Positions 1 to 10,664 are shown, numbered from the stretch's first letter. The stretch is 64,000 nucleotides of DNA from Candidatus Latescibacterota bacterium (GCA_965208125.1 OZ242320.1:3168001-3232000), one strand, 5' to 3'. Numbers and translations are program-made. Notes: generated by a model not told the origin, from the letters alone.

Positions 1-848
1 CCGGTTGTGAGGCCGCGGTGCGGGTGTTCGAGAAAGTTGGCGTCTGCGATGACGGTTTCCGGGTGGATATCGGCTTGATAATAACGCCCGCCGAGTTCTG
101 AAATGGCACGGGGCAAGAGAGGGATGGGCGTGCATTCAAAATTTTCAACCTCGCCAGTTTGCGTGAGGGCATTGGCGATGTCGTGATAAAACAAGACGCG
201 CCATCCGGGATACGCACTGGCGACGAGTTGCATCTGATATGCGAAGGCAGATTGCAGGTCTTTTTCGGCGAGAAATGTTTCGTAGAGATCAAAGGTGCGC
301 GCTTCAATAGCTTTGTCAATGACGGGCGCAAATGCGAGGACGGCGAGGTCGCTGTTATCCAGGTTGTGTACTTTGCGTAAATACGCATCCCACACGGCGG
401 GGTCTTTGAGTGATGCAAAGCGGTTCCAGAGTGCGCGGGTTTTGAGTTGGGGCAGTCGAGAAATGAGCGCGAAGGCGGATTGTAGTGCCACGTCTTCTAT
501 TGGGCCGTTTTCGCCCTGTGCAGCTTGAAGCGATTGGTAGATCATGGCGTAGAGTTGGTCGGTAATTTCTTCGATATTTTCAGTCAGGGTTGCCTGCGCG
601 GCTTCAGATGCATTGTGAGAACCGGGTGCGACGCATTCGAGCAGGTTGCCGAGTACGGTTTCGAGCAGGTCGCGATTGACAAAACCGCGGCCTGAACGCT
701 GTGAGAGAATCGCGCGATTGATGGGGTCAATGCGAAGCGCGGTCAGTTCTTCCTCTGTGTAAATCGGTCGAATTTGCTCGATTACTTTTTCGAGGAGGGG
801 GCGTTTGCGATTTGCATACGCGGCGTCAAATAAGGTGGTGTTGTTCAA
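1..848 (-). CDS. Divergent serine O-acetyltransferase-like (CysE/EpsC family) protein, partial (runs off window start)
   Basis: Not in the ORF track because it has no stop in the window. Manual translation from TTG 848 (RBS AAAGGA) gives MNNTTLFDAAYANRKRP...SAYPGWRVLFYHDIANAL...IPLLPRAISELGGRYYQADIHPETVIADANFLEHPHRGLTT, which matches the CysE pattern YPG..H..A.L..PLLPR..SE..DIHP..F.DH. Confidence 0.6.
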   Translation of the reverse strand, partial: MNNTTLFDAAYANRKRPLLEKVIEQIRPIYTEEELTALRIDPINRAILSQRSGRGFVNRDLLETVLGNLLECVAPGSHNASEAAQATLTENIEEITDQLYAMIYQSLQAAQGENGPIEDVALQSAFALISRLPQLKTRALWNRFASLKDPAVWDAYLRKVHNLDNSDLAVLAFAPVIDKAIEARTFDLYETFLAEKDLQSAFAYQMQLVASAYPGWRVLFYHDIANALTQTGEVENFECTPIPLLPRAISELGGRYYQADIHPETVIADANFLEHPHRGLTT

Positions 849-875
849 GGAAAATTCCTTTGTGATCCTGTTTGT

Positions 876-1679
876 TCAACTTCCGGTGGAGCGATAATGA
901 CGCACACCGATTTTCCATATCTGGAGGGCGATAATGAGAAAGACAATGCAAATCAGGGGCGCGACCCACTGCAAGACAGCGGGCAATCCCATGGGGTCGC
1001 CGCGTTCGAGAATTGCCAGTGCCGGTAGGTAATTTACACACGCGAGGGGTATGATGTAAGTAAAAAATTTCCGAAACCAGATGCGGTAGATAGGTAAGGG
1101 ATACTGCGCGGTCTCCACGCCGCCGTAAGTCATGGTGTTCATGAGTTCGAGAGATTCGGTGGTCCAGAACGCAATGGTGGCTTGAATGACCATGAGGCCG
1201 ATAAAGAGGCAAGCCCCTCCAAATATGGCGGTGAAGATGAGATAGATTTTTGGTGCGGACCAGGCGATGTCGAGGGTGTAACTCGCCCAGGAGAAGACAG
1301 CGATGCCCTGGAGCAGGCGGCCAACGCGGCGGAGGGTGAGTTCATAGCCTGCGAGTTGCAGGGCGGTGCTTCGGGGGCGAAGCAAGAGGCGGTCGAAGTC
1401 GCCGCTTTTGACCATGGTGCCGAATATGTCGAAGCCGCGCGAGGCAGCGTCGGCAAAAGCGAAGGAGATGTTGATGAGGCCGTAGAGAAAGGCCACCTCG
1501 GGGAGGGTCCAGCCCTGAATGTGTTTGAATCGCGCGAAGAGAGAGGCGATGGCGAGAAATTCGACGCCGGTGGTGAGAAAATGTCCAAATGAGAGCATGA
1601 TGAATGATGCGCGATATTGCATTTGGCTGCGGACAGATTGGCTGAGATAGTGCAGGTAGAGGCGAAGTGCGTTGGCCAT
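876..1679 (-). CDS. ABC-2 family transporter permease (DUF990-type)
   Basis: 267 aa multi-TM; motifs 'QMQYRASF', 'GWTLPEV', 'GDFDRLLLRP', 'QYPLPIY'. Confidence 0.85.
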   Translation of the reverse strand: MANALRLYLHYLSQSVRSQMQYRASFIMLSFGHFLTTGVEFLAIASLFARFKHIQGWTLPEVAFLYGLINISFAFADAASRGFDIFGTMVKSGDFDRLLLRPRSTALQLAGYELTLRRVGRLLQGIAVFSWASYTLDIAWSAPKIYLIFTAIFGGACLFIGLMVIQATIAFWTTESLELMNTMTYGGVETAQYPLPIYRIWFRKFFTYIIPLACVNYLPALAILERGDPMGLPAVLQWVAPLICIVFLIIALQIWKIGVRHYRSTGS

Positions 1680-1683
1680 CGCG

Positions 1684-2514
1684 TTATCCTCCTTGTGCGA
1701 CGAGGCGGCGAATACCGCGGGTGAGGATGAGGTGCCCGGCAGTGATCAGCGCAATCAGATAGGCGATTTGAAACGGCAGGTGATACCAGATTTGTTCTGG
1801 TGGGATATGGCCCATGTAGAAGCGGAAGGGGATGTCCATGAGGTATCGAAATGGGAGGATGTTGATGGCTGTCTGTGCCCAGTCGGGAAAAAAGAGCAAG
1901 GGGATGATGATGCCGCTGAAGAGCCAGGTCAAACTACTCAGGAGTACGCCCAGGCCCTCGCCAGATATGGTCCACAAGAGGGCAATGGTCAGGAGATTGG
2001 TGATGGCTGCACTGATGAGGACTGCAAAGAGCATCGATACGACCCAGGCACATGTAGCCGGGATATTGGGAGGCATTTGCAGGTTGAAGAAAAGACTGGC
2101 TGTGATGAACATGGGGAGGGCGCGGAAGACGCCGGGCGCGGTGCGTTGCGCTATGGCGCGGCTGTACCAGAAGAAATACAGGTTGGTCGGGCGCACGAGT
2201 TCATAGACGACATTGCCCGAACGCACCATGGCGCGCACGTCGGGGTCGGCACCCTGGTAGGGAATGAGAACGAGAAATGCCTGGCCGAGCCATATATAGG
2301 TGATGACTTCATCGGCGGTCATGGGTTGTGGCGCAGTGGTTGATCTGTAGAAGGCTTCAAAGATCATGACGCGGATGAGGCCCCAGAAGAGTTGGGTGCC
2401 GAATCCCGCGAATGCCGCAGCGCGGTATTGCAAGAGCGTGCGAAATCTGGCGGAGAGTACGGCTATGTACGGTCTGATGGCCAGCGATGATGTGCGGTTA
2501 GCGATTTTCGGCAT
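1684..2514 (-). CDS. ABC-2 family transporter permease
   Basis: Hydrophobic; 'LQYRAAAFAG', 'VRSGNVVYELVRP', 'FSGIIIPLLFFPDW', ends 'VAQGG'; start uncertain (ATG 2514 chosen). Confidence 0.85.
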   Translation of the reverse strand: MPKIANRTSSLAIRPYIAVLSARFRTLLQYRAAAFAGFGTQLFWGLIRVMIFEAFYRSTTAPQPMTADEVITYIWLGQAFLVLIPYQGADPDVRAMVRSGNVVYELVRPTNLYFFWYSRAIAQRTAPGVFRALPMFITASLFFNLQMPPNIPATCAWVVSMLFAVLISAAITNLLTIALLWTISGEGLGVLLSSLTWLFSGIIIPLLFFPDWAQTAINILPFRYLMDIPFRFYMGHIPPEQIWYHLPFQIAYLIALITAGHLILTRGIRRLVAQGG

Positions 2515-3475
2515 AGAGACGCGAGATGATTTCTTCGATGGGGGTGTTTTCGACAAAGAGGTCGCGCACGGGGTGCTGCGCCGTGATGCGGGCGATCAAA
2601 TCTGCCGTGGCAACGCGGTCGGGGTCAAATGTGAGGTGTACGCGGTGTCCGTCGCGCAATACGACAGATGCGTCGGGGTCGGTGATGTCTTCTGTGCCTT
2701 CGAGATCGACGATGAGGCGGCGCTCTGTTGTGACGCGAGCGCGAAGGTTTTCGAGCGGGCCATCAGATAGTATCTGGCCCTGTCCTATGACCATTACCCG
2801 CGTGCAGAGGGCTTCGATGTCGTCCAGGTCGTGGGTGGTGAGGATGACGGTGACATCGCGCTCCTGGTTGAGGCGTTTGATGAAGTCGCGCACAGCGAGT
2901 TTGGAGACGATGTCGAGGCCAATGGTCGGTTCGTCTAAGAAGAGGATTGATGGACGGTGTATGAGGGCAGCGGCGAGGTCACAGCGCATGCGCTGGCCCA
3001 GGCTGAGTTGGCGCACGGGTATGTCGAGAAGCGATTCGAGGTCGAGAATGGCGATCATTTCATCGCGGGTTTGCGCGTATTGGTGATGATCGACGCGATA
3101 GATGTCGCGGAGCAGGTCAAAAGATTCGATGACAGGCAGGTCCCACCACAATTGCGTGCGTTGTCCAAAGACCACGCCGATTTGTGCGACGTGGGCGATG
3201 CGTTCTTTCCAGGGCACGCGACCGAGGATTTCACAGCGGCCAGTATCGGGAACGAGGATGCCGGACAGTACTTTGACTGTGGTGGATTTGCCCGCGCCAT
3301 TGGGACCGATATAACCGATGAGTTCGCCGGGTTCAACTGTGAAGGAGATGCCGTCGAGGGCAGTTATCTGGCGGTAGTTGCGGTGCATGACGCCGCGCAG
3401 AGCACCCCAAACGCCGGGCTGGCGCTGGGCGATTTGGAAGGTTTTGACGAGGTTTTCGACAATGATGTGGGGCAT
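2498..3475 (-). CDS. ABC transporter ATP-binding protein
   Basis: Walker A GPNGAGKST, signature LSLGQRMR, Walker B LFLDEPT, H-loop TTHD. Confidence 0.95.
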   Translation of the reverse strand: MPHIIVENLVKTFQIAQRQPGVWGALRGVMHRNYRQITALDGISFTVEPGELIGYIGPNGAGKSTTVKVLSGILVPDTGRCEILGRVPWKERIAHVAQIGVVFGQRTQLWWDLPVIESFDLLRDIYRVDHHQYAQTRDEMIAILDLESLLDIPVRQLSLGQRMRCDLAAALIHRPSILFLDEPTIGLDIVSKLAVRDFIKRLNQERDVTVILTTHDLDDIEALCTRVMVIGQGQILSDGPLENLRARVTTERRLIVDLEGTEDITDPDASVVLRDGHRVHLTFDPDRVATADLIARITAQHPVRDLFVENTPIEEIISRLYAENR

Positions 3476-3592
3476 GGCGCAATATGCAGGGTTATATTTC
3501 TTCGTGTTTATTAGACGGGTATCTCGGCGGGTGTGTTTTGATTTGTGGGAATTTTTTTAACTGGACGAATCCCGCGAGCTATGGTTTTGCAT

Positions 3593-3640
3593 AAAAATAG
3601 CGTGCCCGATTCGTACGTACAGAATCGGGCACGCGCTTTT
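3593..3640. terminator. Intrinsic terminator downstream of nfuA/suf operon
   Basis: 13-bp stem GCGTGCCCGATTC/GAATCGGGCACGC flanked by A and T tracts. Confidence 0.75.
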
Positions 3641-3661
3641 GTAGAGATGGAATCCAGATCT

Positions 3662-4246
3662 TTACTGCGTGGTCTGGTAATACGGGTTGGTGCCTTCGGC
3701 GTGGTCTGTGATATCGCGGATGTTTGCGATTTCGGGAACGGCTTCTTTGATCATGACTTCCACGCCCTGTTTGAGGGTGACATCGACCATTCCGCAGCCC
3801 TGGCATCCGCCGCCAAATTGAAGAAAGGCCGTGTCTTCTTTCACATCGACCAGTGATACGTGGCCGCCGTGTGCGGCAATGCCCGGGTTGATTTTTTCGT
3901 CAATGACCATTTGGATTTTTTCGGCCACGCTGCCTTTGAGGTGCGGGGGTACTTTGTGTGGGTTGTCAATTTTGAAGCCGCGTCCCATCAGGCCATCGAC
4001 AAAATCGAGTGTGATGTCCTGAGTATAAGGCACGCTGTTTTCGTCAATGTAAATGTCGAAGCCGTCGTATGGTATCGCGGTGTCGCGGTCGGTGTCCTGT
4101 CCTTCGGCCACGAAAGCGAGGCGGTAGTTGGCCTGCAGGGGCGATGTTGCTTCGGCGGTGATGCGCACGCCTGTAATCACCTGTTCTTGTTCGTTTATCA
4201 AGCGGGTGATTTCTGTTTGTGCAATGTCTGTGACTGTGATGTCCAT
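3662..4246 (-). CDS. nfuA: Fe-S biogenesis protein NfuA
   Basis: Degenerate A-type N-domain plus NifU C-domain 'INPGIAAHGG...GGGCQGC...TLKQGVE...DITDHAEGTNPYY'; RBS AGGAG before ATG 4246. Confidence 0.9.
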   Translation of the reverse strand: MDITVTDIAQTEITRLINEQEQVITGVRITAEATSPLQANYRLAFVAEGQDTDRDTAIPYDGFDIYIDENSVPYTQDITLDFVDGLMGRGFKIDNPHKVPPHLKGSVAEKIQMVIDEKINPGIAAHGGHVSLVDVKEDTAFLQFGGGCQGCGMVDVTLKQGVEVMIKEAVPEIANIRDITDHAEGTNPYYQTTQ

Positions 4247-4260
4247 GGGGTTTCTCCTGT

Positions 4261-4362
4261 AGAAGTTAGAAGTTAGAGGTGTGAAGTAAGAAGTCCGCTC
4301 CCAACCGCCCAAAGGCTGGTGCTTCATCACATTTCACACTTCACATTTCACACTTCACACTT
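4261..4362. repeat. Heptamer tandem-repeat intergenic element (AGAAGTT-like x4-5; TCACAYT x5) around the core TCCCAACCGCCC
   Basis: Directly visible between rrf2 and nfuA; the two arms are roughly complementary. Confidence 0.8.
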
Positions 4363-4366
4363 GCCT

Positions 4367-4849
4367 TTACGGCATTGTGACTTGTAAGAGTTCGTCTGCT
4401 TTATGCGCGAGATGATTTTCGAGCTGGTGCCCATCTCCCATCAGGTCTTGCAATGTAATGCGGTCGAGCATCTGGTCAACCACAAATTGGATGGCGTTCC
4501 AGAGGGAGCGAATTGAGCAATCGACAGAATGGGTGCAGCAGGCTTCATAACCGGTGTGTTCATCGCAAAAGCCTTCGTTGAAGAACGGGTCGCCGAGGGC
4601 ACCGAGTACATCGGAGATCAGAATTTCACTGGCGGGACGAGCCAATTTGTATCCGCCAGCTTGACCGCGCACGCTTTCGACGAGGTTGCCCAGGCGCAAG
4701 AGGCGGACGAGTTTGCCGACATGGGCGTTGGATAATCCTTCGCCGCGGCTGATTTCGGGAATCGAAATGCTTCCACCGGTTTCAGATGCGCGCTGTGCTA
4801 CCTGCATGAGACAGCGAAGGCCGTATTCTTCTTGTGTACTCAATTTCAT
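4367..4849 (-). CDS. Rrf2 family transcriptional regulator (IscR/SufR-like)
   Basis: 'MKLSTQEEYGLR', 'VESVRGQAGGYKLARP', Cys cluster C-x7-CC-x5-C. Confidence 0.9.
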   Translation of the reverse strand: MKLSTQEEYGLRCLMQVAQRASETGGSISIPEISRGEGLSNAHVGKLVRLLRLGNLVESVRGQAGGYKLARPASEILISDVLGALGDPFFNEGFCDEHTGYEACCTHSVDCSIRSLWNAIQFVVDQMLDRITLQDLMGDGHQLENHLAHKADELLQVTMP

Positions 4850-4877
4850 AAAAGAACCTTTTCGGTGAGAGGCACTG

Positions 4878-5315
4878 TCAAAACATGCCCAATTCGAGTT
4901 TGGCCGCTTCTGACATGCGTTCTGGCGTCCAGGGAGGGTCGAATACGAGGTCGAGTTTGACATCGTAAACGCCTTCGGCAGACCGGGCTGCGGATTCGAC
5001 CTGTCCAGGCAAAATACCCGCGGCGGGACAATTGGGGGCTGTGAGTGTCATTTGGACGTAGGTATTGCCGTCTTCTTCTACTTTGATTTCGTAGATGAGC
5101 CCCAGTTCGTAAATGTCAACAGGGATTTCTGGATCATATACTGTTTTGAGTGCTTTTACGATTTCTTCTTTTACGGCTTCGGTGTCGATGGGGCCTTCTG
5201 GCGAGGGTTTTTCAGGTGGTGATTCTGGTGCTTCAATATTGTGAATTTCCTCAGTATGATCAGAATCATCGTTGGATTCAGATGTGTCTTTGCGGAAGAT
5301 GTTCAGGAGGCTCAT
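4878..5315 (-). CDS. sufT: DUF59 Fe-S assembly protein (SufT/PaaD-like)
   Basis: 'VYDPEIPVDIYELGLIY', 'MTLTAPNCP', 'FDPPWTPERMSEAAKLELGM'. Confidence 0.88.
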   Translation of the reverse strand: MSLLNIFRKDTSESNDDSDHTEEIHNIEAPESPPEKPSPEGPIDTEAVKEEIVKALKTVYDPEIPVDIYELGLIYEIKVEEDGNTYVQMTLTAPNCPAAGILPGQVESAARSAEGVYDVKLDLVFDPPWTPERMSEAAKLELGMF

Positions 5316-5773
5316 GTGTTATCTCTTTCTGTCGTTATAGGCGTTTGGACATTGTCTATGGCTGCCCGAAGCGCGTGCCACGATAGGGTCGCGCATTTGA
5401 TACGGGTGGGATAGTCGCGCACGCCGGCAAAAACGAATAGTTTGCCCATCTGATCGAGGCCGAGATTGCTGGATGGATCGGTGAGCATTGCTTGAAAGTC
5501 TTTGAAATAGGTTTCCGATTCATCGAGGGTTTTGCCTTTGATGGTTTCGGTCATTAAAGAAGCCGATGCTTTGGAAATGGCGCATCCCGAACCCTGAAAG
5601 CCGATGTTTTTTATGCGGTCGCCGTGGAGTTGGAGATAAACCTCCACTTTATCGCCGCAAAGGGGATTGTAGCCTTCGGCAAAGCGGTCTGCTGGATCGA
5701 GTACGCGAAAATTTCTGGGGTTTTTGTTGTGATCCAGAATGAGTTGCTGGTAGAGTTCGCGCAAATCTGACAT
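5312..5773 (-). CDS. sufU: SUF system NifU-family sulfur transfer protein SufU
   Basis: 'LYQQLILDH', 'NPLCGD', 'GCAISKAS', 'RIKCATL'. Confidence 0.92.
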   Translation of the reverse strand: MSDLRELYQQLILDHNKNPRNFRVLDPADRFAEGYNPLCGDKVEVYLQLHGDRIKNIGFQGSGCAISKASASLMTETIKGKTLDESETYFKDFQAMLTDPSSNLGLDQMGKLFVFAGVRDYPTRIKCATLSWHALRAAIDNVQTPITTERDNT

Positions 5774-7053
5774 CAGCCAAAAATCTTTCGCACGGTGTGA
5801 AGGCCAGAGACCAGCGCGTCAATGTCTTCACGCGTGTTGTAAAGTGCCAGCGAAGCGCGCGTTGCTGCGGGTATGTCGTAGTGTTTCATAATGGGTTGCG
5901 CGCAGTGGTGCCCGGCGCGAACCGCGACACCGGCCTGGTCGAGAATGGTGCCCACATCGTGGGGATGAATATCGGCGAGGGTAAATGAGAGCACGCCTAC
6001 TTTGCGCTCGGCTGTACCGATCAGGTTGAGGTCCGGCACGCCGCGCAGTGCGTCGTGTGCGTATTCCAGCAGATTGGCTTCGTATTTTGTCGCGCCATCA
6101 AAGTCGATGCTGTTGAGGTAATCTATGGCGGCACCCAGGCCAATACTGCCCGCGATATTGGGCGTTCCCGCTTCAAATTTGTTGGGTAAGTTTCCGTACG
6201 TAATATTGTCAAAGTCAACGCTCTGGATCATGCTGCCCCCACCCTGGTAGGGCGGCATGGTATCGAGGTATGTTTCGCAGCCGTACAGGACGCCAATGCC
6301 TGTGGGCGCGAACATTTTGTGTCCAGAAAAGGTGTAGAACTCGCAGCCGAGGGCGCGGACATCCACGCGCTGATGGGGCACGGCCTGTGCGCCGTCGATA
6401 TGTACGGGTACGCCGTGTGCGTGCGCGATTTGCACGATTTCTTCCACGGGATTGACTGTGCCGAGTACATTGGAGATGTGTACGATGGAGACGAGTTTTG
6501 TGCGTGGGGAGAAAAGGGTTTGATATGTGTCCATGCAGAGTTCGCCCCGGTCGTTCATGGGGATGACGCGCAGTTTGGCTCCCTTTTCCCGGCAGAGCAT
6601 CCACCAGGGGACAATGTTGGAATGGTGCTCCATTTCGGTGATGATGATTTCGTCGCCCTCGTCGATTTGTTCGCGCCCAAAGGTTTGTGCAATGAGATTG
6701 ATGCCTTCGGTGGTTCCGCGCACAAAGATGATTTCTCTGTCTGTGGCGGCGTTGATAAAGGTCGCTACCTTTCTTCTGGCGGCTTCATAAGCATCGGTCG
6801 CTATTTGCGAGAGGTGGTGTACGCCTCTGTGTACATTGGCATTCTGGTCGGTGTAATAATGCGAGAGGGCATCGATGACTGCGCGGGGTTTTTGCGATGT
6901 GGCGCCATTGTCGAGATACACGAGCGGTTTACCCTGCATGTGTTGGCCCAGGATGGGAAAGTCCGCGCGAATGCGGCGCACGTCAAAAGGCGGTGCTGGA
7001 CGTGCGGCTGGCTCGGGCGGTTGGAGTGTTAAGATGTCCAGAGGCGAACTCAT
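5773..7053 (-). CDS. sufS: Cysteine desulfurase SufS
   Basis: 'YLDNGATSQKP', PLP Lys 'FSGHKM', catalytic 'RAGHHCAQP'. Confidence 0.95.
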   Translation of the reverse strand: MSSPLDILTLQPPEPAARPAPPFDVRRIRADFPILGQHMQGKPLVYLDNGATSQKPRAVIDALSHYYTDQNANVHRGVHHLSQIATDAYEAARRKVATFINAATDREIIFVRGTTEGINLIAQTFGREQIDEGDEIIITEMEHHSNIVPWWMLCREKGAKLRVIPMNDRGELCMDTYQTLFSPRTKLVSIVHISNVLGTVNPVEEIVQIAHAHGVPVHIDGAQAVPHQRVDVRALGCEFYTFSGHKMFAPTGIGVLYGCETYLDTMPPYQGGGSMIQSVDFDNITYGNLPNKFEAGTPNIAGSIGLGAAIDYLNSIDFDGATKYEANLLEYAHDALRGVPDLNLIGTAERKVGVLSFTLADIHPHDVGTILDQAGVAVRAGHHCAQPIMKHYDIPAATRASLALYNTREDIDALVSGLHTVRKIFG

Positions 7054-8375
7054 GCGATGTCCTTTGCGTCGATGCGTTCGAGGCGGGTGTCGATTAAGTC
7101 GCTGAGGTGCGACCGCACGGGGACAAGGGTCACGCGCCCGATAATGTCATCGGCAAAAGCGCGGAGCAAAATGTGCTTTGCCTCGGTTTTGGGAATGCCG
7201 CGCGCTTGCAGGTAAAAGAGTGCGTTTTCGTCGAGTTGGCCTATTGTTGCGCCATGCGAACATTTGACTTCGTCGGCGTAGATTTCGAGCTGGGGTTTGG
7301 TGTTGACGCGCGCGTTGTCCGAAAGCAGAATATTTTCGTTTTGCTGGTAGGCATCGGTGTGTTGCGCTTTTTGATGGACGTGAATTTTTCCCCGAAAAAT
7401 CGCGCGAGATGATCCTCCCAAAATCCCTTTGTAGAGTTCGTGGCTGGGGCAATGGGGTTCGGCGTGTTCAAGCAGGGTGTAGTTATCGACTTGTTGGGAT
7501 CCTTCGAGGGCGTAAAATCCATTGACGGTGGCTTCGCTGCCTTCGCCGCGCAGGTACGCGCTTACGTCGTTGCGAACAAATGCCCCGCCGAGTGTAAAAT
7601 CGTGAAAGATCATCCTGCTGCTGCGCCCGAGTTGTGCCTGAAAATTGGCGACGTGCAAACCCGCTGTGCCCTGCAATTCGAGGCGGATACAATTTACGCT
7701 GGCATTGTCGCAGGCGATGATTTCTGTGACTGCATTGGTAAAATAAGTCTCTGTGCCCGTTCCCGCATAGGTTTCAACAAGCGAAAGCTGACTGTTTTCA
7801 TCCGCGATGATCAGGTTGCGCGGATGAGATATTGTGGGGATTTCTGACTCTGTTGTGATAAAGAGGATATGCACGGGGGCTTCAACTGTGACATTTGGCT
7901 GAACATGGATGAATACGCCATCGCGCATGAATGCCGTGTTGAGGGCGGTGAAGGCCAAATCTGTGGTTTGTGCGAGTTTGCCCAGATGCGCTTTGACGAG
8001 TGGATGGTCGTAAACGTCGGCGAGGTTGGCAATGGTTATGCCTTCTGGTACGTCAGATGTGTGTTCTGGCGCGTAATGTCCATTGACGAATACGAGGCGG
8101 ATGCCCTGCAGGTCGGGATAGATGAAGGGTTCCAGTTCTGCATCTGCAAGGGTGGCAGGAGCTGCAGGCTCAAAGTCGGTTCTGATGAGCGCTGAGGGGT
8201 TCACGCTTTTCCAGGCTTCATCTGCAGTGGTGGGATATCCCAGGCGGTCAAAGTCGGCAATTGCCTGTTGACGCAATGCTCGCAGTGGCTGGCCATTGAG
8301 GCTGGATTCAAATTTTTGAATCCAGGATGTGTGATTAGACGCTGTGTGTCGCGTGTTCTTCTTTGATCCAGTCAT
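7050..8375 (-). CDS. sufD: Fe-S cluster assembly protein SufD
   Basis: '[19 protein letters not shown]', '[10 protein letters not shown]'; start approximate. Confidence 0.93.
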   Translation of the reverse strand: MTGSKKNTRHTASNHTSWIQKFESSLNGQPLRALRQQAIADFDRLGYPTTADEAWKSVNPSALIRTDFEPAAPATLADAELEPFIYPDLQGIRLVFVNGHYAPEHTSDVPEGITIANLADVYDHPLVKAHLGKLAQTTDLAFTALNTAFMRDGVFIHVQPNVTVEAPVHILFITTESEIPTISHPRNLIIADENSQLSLVETYAGTGTETYFTNAVTEIIACDNASVNCIRLELQGTAGLHVANFQAQLGRSSRMIFHDFTLGGAFVRNDVSAYLRGEGSEATVNGFYALEGSQQVDNYTLLEHAEPHCPSHELYKGILGGSSRAIFRGKIHVHQKAQHTDAYQQNENILLSDNARVNTKPQLEIYADEVKCSHGATIGQLDENALFYLQARGIPKTEAKHILLRAFADDIIGRVTLVPVRSHLSDLIDTRLERIDAKDIA

Positions 8376-9096
8376 AGCCTTTTTCTTCCAATTCCAGGGC
8401 GAGTGTTTTGTCGCCCGATTGCACGATGCGTCCGTCGAGCATAACGTGGACCATGTCGGGCACGATGTTATTGAGCAAGCGCTGGTAGTGCGTGACCACA
8501 ATGGTGGCTTTGTCCGCGCTGTGGAGTGTATTGATGCCGTTGGCTACAACGCGCAGGGCGTCGATATCGAGTCCGGAGTCGGTTTCGTCGAGTATGGCGA
8601 GGCGGGGTTCTAAGACAGCCATTTGCAGAATTTCATGGCGTTTTTTTTCGCCGCCGGAAAAGCCTTCGTTGACCGAACGTTTGAGAAATTTTTCGTCCAT
8701 TTCGACCAGTTTGAGTTTGTCGCGAATCAGCGCGAGGAAGTCTATGGCATCGACTTCTTCTTCATCTCTGGCCGTTCGAAGGGCGTTGAGCGCTGTGCGC
8801 AAGAAATACGCGCTGTTGACACCGGGTATTTCTACCGGGTACTGAAAGGCGAGAAAGACGCCCTGTACTGCGCGTTTATCCGGGTCCATATCGAGCAGGT
8901 CCTGGCCCTCGTAGATGACTTCGCCTTCCGTAACGCTATAGGCTTCGTGGCCCGCGAGGACCTGAGCCAATGTGCTTTTGCCCGACCCGTTGGGTCCCAT
9001 AATGGCGTGGATTTCTCCTGTGTTGACCGTGAGGTCGATGCCGTGAAGAATTTCCGCGCCTTCCACACCTGCGTGCAGATTTCGAATTTCGAGCAT
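8335..9096 (-). CDS. sufC: Fe-S cluster assembly ATPase SufC
   Basis: GPNGSGKST, '[13 protein letters not shown]', 'GFSGGEKKR', '[13 protein letters not shown]'. Confidence 0.95.
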   Translation of the reverse strand: MLEIRNLHAGVEGAEILHGIDLTVNTGEIHAIMGPNGSGKSTLAQVLAGHEAYSVTEGEVIYEGQDLLDMDPDKRAVQGVFLAFQYPVEIPGVNSAYFLRTALNALRTARDEEEVDAIDFLALIRDKLKLVEMDEKFLKRSVNEGFSGGEKKRHEILQMAVLEPRLAILDETDSGLDIDALRVVANGINTLHSADKATIVVTHYQRLLNNIVPDMVHVMLDGRIVQSGDKTLALELEEKGYDWIKEEHATHSV

Positions 9097-9121
9097 GTTA
9101 TTTCTTTCCTTAAATTGTGAT

Positions 9122-10591
9122 CTAACCGACGCTGCCTTCGAGGCTGATGCCGAGGAGTTTTTGGGCTTCGACTGCAAATTCCATGGGCAGTTCTGCGAGG
9201 ACTTCTTTGCAGAAGCCGTTGACGATCATTGAGACGGCGTCTTCTGTGGAGATGCCGCGCTGGTTGCAATAGAAGATCTGGTCTTCGCCAATTTTGGATG
9301 TGGTGGCTTCATGTTCGACCTGCGCGGATGGGTTGCGCACGTCGATATAGGGAAAGGTGTGTGCGCCGCACTGGTCGCCGATGAGCATGGAGTCGCATTG
9401 GGTAAAGTTTCTGGCGTTGTGCGCGCCTTTGAGCACTTGCACGGCACCGCGATAGGTGTTTTGTCCGCGCAGGGCGGATATGCCTTTGGAGATGATGGTA
9501 CTTCGGGTGTTTTTCCCTATGTGAATCATTTTTGTGCCGGTGTCCGCCTGTTGTTTGAGGGAGGTGACGGCGACAGAGTAAAATTCGCCCACCGAGTTGT
9601 CCCCCTGAAGAATGCAACTGGGATATTTCCAGGTGATGGCCGATCCGGTTTCGACCTGTGTCCAGGAGATTTTGGAATTTGCGCCCCGGCAGGCGCCGCG
9701 TTTGGTGACAAAGTTGTAGATGCCTCCCTTGCCGTCCATGTCGCCGGGGTACCAGTTCTGGACGGTGGAGTATTTGATCTGTGCATTGTCGAGTGCGACA
9801 AGTTCGACCACGGCCGCGTGAAGCTGGTTTTCATCGCGCATTGGCGCCGTACAGCCTTCCAAATACGATACATAAGCACCTTCTTCAGCGATGACGAGCG
9901 TGCGCTCGAACTGCCCGGTGTTGGCGGCGTTGATGCGGAAATAGGTCGATAATTCCATTGGACAGCGCACGCCTTTGGGGATATAGCAGAAGGATCCATC
10001 GCTAAAGACAGCCGAGTTGAGGGCGGCAAAATAATTGTCGGTGTGCGGGACGACAGAACCGAGATACTGGCGCACGAGGTCGGGGTGGTCTTGCACGGCT
10101 TCTGAAAAAGAGCAAAAGATAACGCCTGCTTCGGCGAGTGTTTCCTTAAAGGTGGTGGCGACTGAGACGCTGTCAAAGACCGCATCGACAGCGACACCGG
10201 CCAGCATTTTTTGCTCTTCGAGAGGTATGCCGAGTTTTTCATAGGTGGCGAGCAGTTGGGGATCGACTTCGTCCAGGCTTGCAGGACCATCGCCTGCGTT
10301 TTTCGGTGCTGAGTAATACACGATGCTTTGATAGTCGATATCGGGATAGGTAACCATGGCCCACTGTTCGCTTTTTTTGCGTTTGAGCGGGTCTGTCATG
10401 GTCAGCCAGTACCGATAGGCTTTTAAGCGCCATTCGAGCAGCCAGGCGGGTTCATTTTTTTTCTCAGAAATAAATCGAATAATGTCTTCATTCAGACCTG
10501 GAGGCGCAGATTCCTGCTCGATATCTGTCACCCATCCAAATTTGTAATCACTCGTTGCGAGCGTTTCAAGTTCCTGGGCCTGTGAACTCAT
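9122..10591 (-). CDS. sufB: Fe-S cluster assembly protein SufB
   Basis: 'GQFERTL', 'YLEGCTAP', '[10 protein letters not shown]', 'QQADTGTKM', '[10 protein letters not shown]...LEGSVG'. Confidence 0.96.
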   Translation of the reverse strand: MSSQAQELETLATSDYKFGWVTDIEQESAPPGLNEDIIRFISEKKNEPAWLLEWRLKAYRYWLTMTDPLKRKKSEQWAMVTYPDIDYQSIVYYSAPKNAGDGPASLDEVDPQLLATYEKLGIPLEEQKMLAGVAVDAVFDSVSVATTFKETLAEAGVIFCSFSEAVQDHPDLVRQYLGSVVPHTDNYFAALNSAVFSDGSFCYIPKGVRCPMELSTYFRINAANTGQFERTLVIAEEGAYVSYLEGCTAPMRDENQLHAAVVELVALDNAQIKYSTVQNWYPGDMDGKGGIYNFVTKRGACRGANSKISWTQVETGSAITWKYPSCILQGDNSVGEFYSVAVTSLKQQADTGTKMIHIGKNTRSTIISKGISALRGQNTYRGAVQVLKGAHNARNFTQCDSMLIGDQCGAHTFPYIDVRNPSAQVEHEATTSKIGEDQIFYCNQRGISTEDAVSMIVNGFCKEVLAELPMEFAVEAQKLLGISLEGSVG

Positions 10592-10635
10592 TGTAGAACT
10601 CCTTTTGGGGTCTAAAAAGTAAGCCGTGCAATGGC

Positions 10636-10664
10636 AAATTACCCAAAGCATACAAAAATGTCAA
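10636..10664 (-). promoter_or_regulatory. Sigma70-type promoter of suf operon
   Basis: TTGACA-17nt-TAATTT on the minus strand. Confidence 0.65.

Noticed and set aside
4261-4362. Repeats as a CRISPR array
   Set aside because: 7-nt units without unique spacers; no cas genes
9122-10591. Intein in SufB
   Set aside because: Normal length (489 aa), no splicing motifs
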